Origin: the human T2T-CHM13v2.0 reference genome, Homo sapiens
Assembly: GCF_009914755.1 (NCBI RefSeq)
Contig: NC_060939.1
Reading direction: 5' to 3' (one strand)
DNA length: 64,000 nt
The notes beneath the pieces are model-generated. The model had not been told where the DNA came from. It was given only the letters and a program-made list of their open reading frames with translations, and made no database searches. Positions 60,450 to 64,000 of the stretch are shown here, one piece after another. A program made the translations under genes and the position numbers. How positions within the stretch are numbered: position 1 is the first letter of the stretch; each line of letters begins with the position of its first letter.

Positions 60450-60545
60450 TGGACTGCGTGGATTTGATTCTAAGCTATGCTATAATGAGAAAGTAGCTCT
60501 AACCCTATTCTCATTTTCTTCACCTGTAATATAGAAATCATCATC
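60450..60545 (+). mobile_element. MIR core fragment
   Basis: GACTGCGTGGATTTGATTCTAAGCT...CTCATTTTCTTCACCTGTAATATAGAAAT resembles the MIR core (CTCAGTTTCCTCATCTGTAAAATGGG). Confidence 0.45.
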
Positions 60546-61211
60546 AGACAATATACAGATAGGGGCCAGTTATTTCACAGATAATAATAGGTGAAAATGG
60601 AGAGTATGTGGGTGTAGGCATGGAAAAGTGAGTTTAAATGGTTTCAGGAGTCTGTGGAAATTGTCTTTGGGTGATTCAATGTTCTCAGGGAAGCACACCC
60701 AAAAAGACATTGAGGATTTCTGGGGAAGTGTTAGGGATTAGAGACAGGATAAGATACAAAACTAGGAAAATTAGAGAGTGAATAGATTGGAACATATGTA
60801 GTATGATTGATTGATAGGCGGCACTCAGATTCTCAGTTTCAAGTGGGATATTTTTCAATTTGATCCATATAGCTAGTTGCTAAAATATATGTGGGGATTT
60901 GGTGGAAATTTGGATCTAACCAGGGTTATTTTCCTGGTTAGATTCAGCAAAGTGAAAGAGAAACAAGGAAGTTGAAGTTTCCTGGGAATGGTTGGCCACG
61001 GAATTTAGGCAGGAGAACAGGAAATAGAGTACATCAGTAGGTAAGGGTCATTATAAATATGATAAAATAATAGTTTGGAGGTCTCAGAGAGATTGAAAAA
61101 TTTTATGTCAGCGTATGAAAGGGAATGATTAAAGGAGGAGTTCAGAGAATGGGATGAATGAAATTGTGACTACAGAGGAGTTGCTATTATAAGTAACGAC
61201 GATGCTTCACT

Positions 61212-61399
61212 CAGTCCCTCTGGAAGTGTGGTCCCTGTGCTAGCAGCAACAGCATCACCTGGGAACTTACTAGAACTGCATATTCTCAGGTTACACCCCC
61301 AGATCTTCCAAATATGAAATTCCAATAGCAGGTCTCAGCAATCTCTTATTGTAACACAACTGTAGGCAATTTTGAGGCACACAGTAGTTAGCACAACTG
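61212..61399. mobile_element. MER5A (hAT-Charlie) MITE
   Basis: CAGT...AAGTGTGGTCCC...AGCAGCAACAGCATCACCTGGGAACTTACTAGAACTGCATATTCTCAGG...CACCCCAGA...CAGCAATCT...ACTG, ~190 bp. Confidence 0.85.
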
Positions 61400-61406
61400 G
61401 TCTAGT

Positions 61407-62090
61407 GTATGTCTTATTTGGTCTTCCTCCCCGGTTCACAGTACAGAGCTCCTGAAACTTGAAATTTCCTGATAGAGATGAGAGGACCATCCTTTACTAG
61501 TCATAAGTCCCTCTTAGCCATACCTGAGTTTATGCTATTGACATGACATGAGTGGTGGCTGGAGACCCGTATGGCTTCAGGGTGGGTGCTTGACACCAGA
61601 AACATGAAGGCATAACTAGATGGTTAAAACTGTCAGCCCTCTCCTCCATCACCTCTGAGGTGCTGGGAGGGTGATACAATGATATACTTAGAGGTCATAT
61701 GGTAGCTTTGTGCCCCTTTTCACCATACCTGGCCCTATGTGTCTCTTCTATTTGACAGTTCCTGATTTGTATCAGACAGTAACTGTAAGCAAAGTGCTTT
61801 CTTGGGTTCTGTGAGCCATCTTAGCAAATTATAGAACCTGGGGAAGGAATCCATGGAAGTCCTAATTTATAGCCAGTTGGTCAGGAGTATGGCAGGCCCA
61901 CAACTCCTCTCTAATGGTGGGGGGGTGGCAGTCTTGTGGTCCTGAACCCTGAACTTGTGGGATCTGATTCTATCTCCAGATAGATAGTCTCAGGATTGAA
62001 TTGAATTGTAGGACACCATTTGGTGTCCTGAGAGTTGAAAAATTGATTGGGGTGAGACTAAACCAACAAATTTCATCTCAGAAGTTTGAG
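61407..62090 (+). mobile_element. MER21-family LTR
   Basis: Contains the characteristic segments CAGAGCTCCTGAAAC, CATACCTGAGTTTATGCTA, CCATACCTGGCCCTATG, GTTCTGTGAGCCATCTTAGCAAATTA, TTTATAGCCAGTTGGTCAG, GCAGTCTTGTGG, GTGGGATCTGA and GAATTGAATTGTAGGACACC. Confidence 0.8.
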
Positions 62091-62929
62091 TAGAAATAAT
62101 TCTGTTGGAAAACATTATCGTTAGATCAAAGGTGTTAATAGAACTGAGAGACCAAAATGGCAAAGAGTCATCTATGATTACACATTGTTGACATAAACTA
62201 GAATTAAGACAAGAGTATGTCAAAGAGAGTTACATTGAGCCAGGGATAAAAATAGTCAATTGATTGATTAGAATTTAGTAAATGCTATTTTTTGAAAAAT
62301 TAATATTTAGTTAATTGAGATACTTAATTATCTCCATTTTGACTTTAAATTTAAAACTAAAAAATTGATATTTTATCTATTTTCCATAAATGGAAATTGA
62401 AAAGCAATAGCAAAATGCTTCGACAGAAAATCTGCCCTTCTTATTCCCAAGAGGAAGAATGGCCAACTACCTTAAGAATAAGTTAGAAAAACTTTCATAA
62501 TTTTTTAAGTTGCCATATTTTATAGCTTTGAACAAGTTGAATTATTAACTAGACTGCCCAGGGAATGGAGCCATCTAATATAATTTCCTTACTATTTAGA
62601 TAAAATCTTTGTTGTTGAAAATCTTAATCATTTTTAATGATCCTGTTTTCAGAGCCTGATATTAATGATTCGTGAAACTCATTAAATGCAGTTATACATC
62701 TGATTTGAAAATCATGAGGGAGATTTTTGGTCAGATATGCATAGCAAATCTATGTCACTAGACATAAGTCCCTTCTACCCATGCCACAACCTTTATGTCT
62801 ACTCTTGAATTGAGGTTTTGCTACGTTTTATTTTTGAGGTTTAAGAATTATTCATTTAACTGTCGGAAAATTGTGTTTCTCTTGTTAGAATAGAGCCCAA
62901 TTTATCCTTTCTATTTTTCATGGAGACAT

Positions 62930-63153
62930 GAAAGGATGTGAATTTGCAATCAGAGAAACCTGAGTTCCACCATGCTTTCTTCCTCTTGCAAGCCATGAAA
63001 TCCACAGTGGGTTAGTGGATATTACAAACCTCTGGTCCCACCTTATTAAGATGGAAAAAAATAAGACTAATTGAAAGAACAAATGTGGTAATGAGAAGAA
63101 ATGGTATCAATAAAGTTCCTGGAACACAGTAAGTTCTAACAAATGCTAGTTCT
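62930..63153 (+). mobile_element. MIR, degraded
   Basis: The 5' part AATCAGAGAAACCTGAGTTC and the 3' part CCTGGAACACAGTAAGTTCTAACAAATGCTAGTT match the MIR ends. Confidence 0.55.
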
Positions 63154-64000
63154 TTTCTTTCATAATTCAAAATCTAAATAGAAGCCAGTTGGTAATTCCA
63201 AGATAATAGTATGAAGACAAAAAAAATGTTTGTTAACTGACCTTCAACCATTGAGACCTTATCTTATAGGAAGCAAAATTAACAAATATTTTCTCCCTTC
63301 TACAAATGTATACCCTCTGAGAAAGAGAGACAGTGTTCCAATCAAGACGATGACAGTATTCTGTGCACACATAGGAAAGGAAGAAGAATAAGAGAGAACA
63401 TTTAAAAAGACAATTTTAGATAGGCATCCTATTTTTACCGGCAATAACATTTTTTAGAACTTACGGCATACAAAATAGACCTTAAATGGACTCAGTGTTG
63501 AGAAAATTTTATAAGGCTGCTTTATTTTCTTCTATGGTAAATCTAGGAACCAATAAAATAGCTTTGATAATTCACTCATTACATTCTTTCCTAACTAAAC
63601 TATTTACATTATAAACTTTGTTGATATGCTGTGCTTTTGCATTAATAATTCTCATGTGTCTCATTTGTGAATACATGAAAACTAGTTGTAAAATAAGGAA
63701 AATGTAATTTTGAAACATCTTCAAAAACAGTTGCATAATTTAACAAATGTTTATAAATTTTCGTCCTTACTCTAAAACCATAGATATCCTAAAATTGATT
63801 GAAGGTAAAATGATTTTTAAAGAACTGGATTTCTCACCATGAGTTATTTTATCTCCATACAAACTGTGGTAGTGTTATACAATGGTTAAGAAGAAATTAC
63901 TTAAAAATGAGAATAAAGATACAGCTTATTAACACTTCATTTTGTGGATGAGACCTGAAAAATTAAACTTTTCTTCTAGAGACAAGTTGTAGTTGTGTAT

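Larger units (their letters stand above)
60580..62265 (-). mobile_element. Degraded L2 fragment(s) interrupted by MER5A and MER21
   Basis: Purine-rich + strand. 62165-62260 (GAGTCATCTA...GACAAGAGTA...GAGAGTTACATTGAGCCAGGGATAAAAAT) resembles antisense L2 ORF2. The left boundary is uncertain. Confidence 0.4.

Overview
Primate (almost certainly human) pericentromeric-type DNA with no credible protein-coding gene. Bases 1-52620 are a classical pentameric satellite with the G-rich strand on + throughout and no inversion seen. It falls into four layers: (i) canonical HSat3 (GGAAT)n with CAACCCGAGT-type interruptions, 1-~1625; (ii) a diverged GGAAT/GGAGT satellite without inserts, ~1626-16122; (iii) and (iv) a composite satellite in which one ~60-64 bp Alu 3'-end fragment (AluJ/monomer-like, CpGs already decayed) has been amplified about 79 times by my manual count. 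The fragment forms two sub-lineages, type A at 16.1-31.6 kb and type B at 32.0-52.5 kb. Its variants act as barcodes that reveal ~2 kb, ~3.8 kb, ~4.45 kb and ~5.8-6.5 kb higher-order duplications. The array ends abruptly at an internal L1 ORF2 (RT) fragment. After it comes AT-rich, transposon-derived sequence: an L1MA 3'UTR piece, a MER34-like solo LTR carrying a 146-bp copy of nearby upstream DNA, a 5'-truncated L1PA and an AluSc (both with TSDs), MIRs, L2, MER5A and MER21. The ORF track is almost entirely a pentamer artefact. Coordinates and counts were read by eye (expect a few bp of error), and repeat-family names come from remembered consensus sequences, not from a database search.
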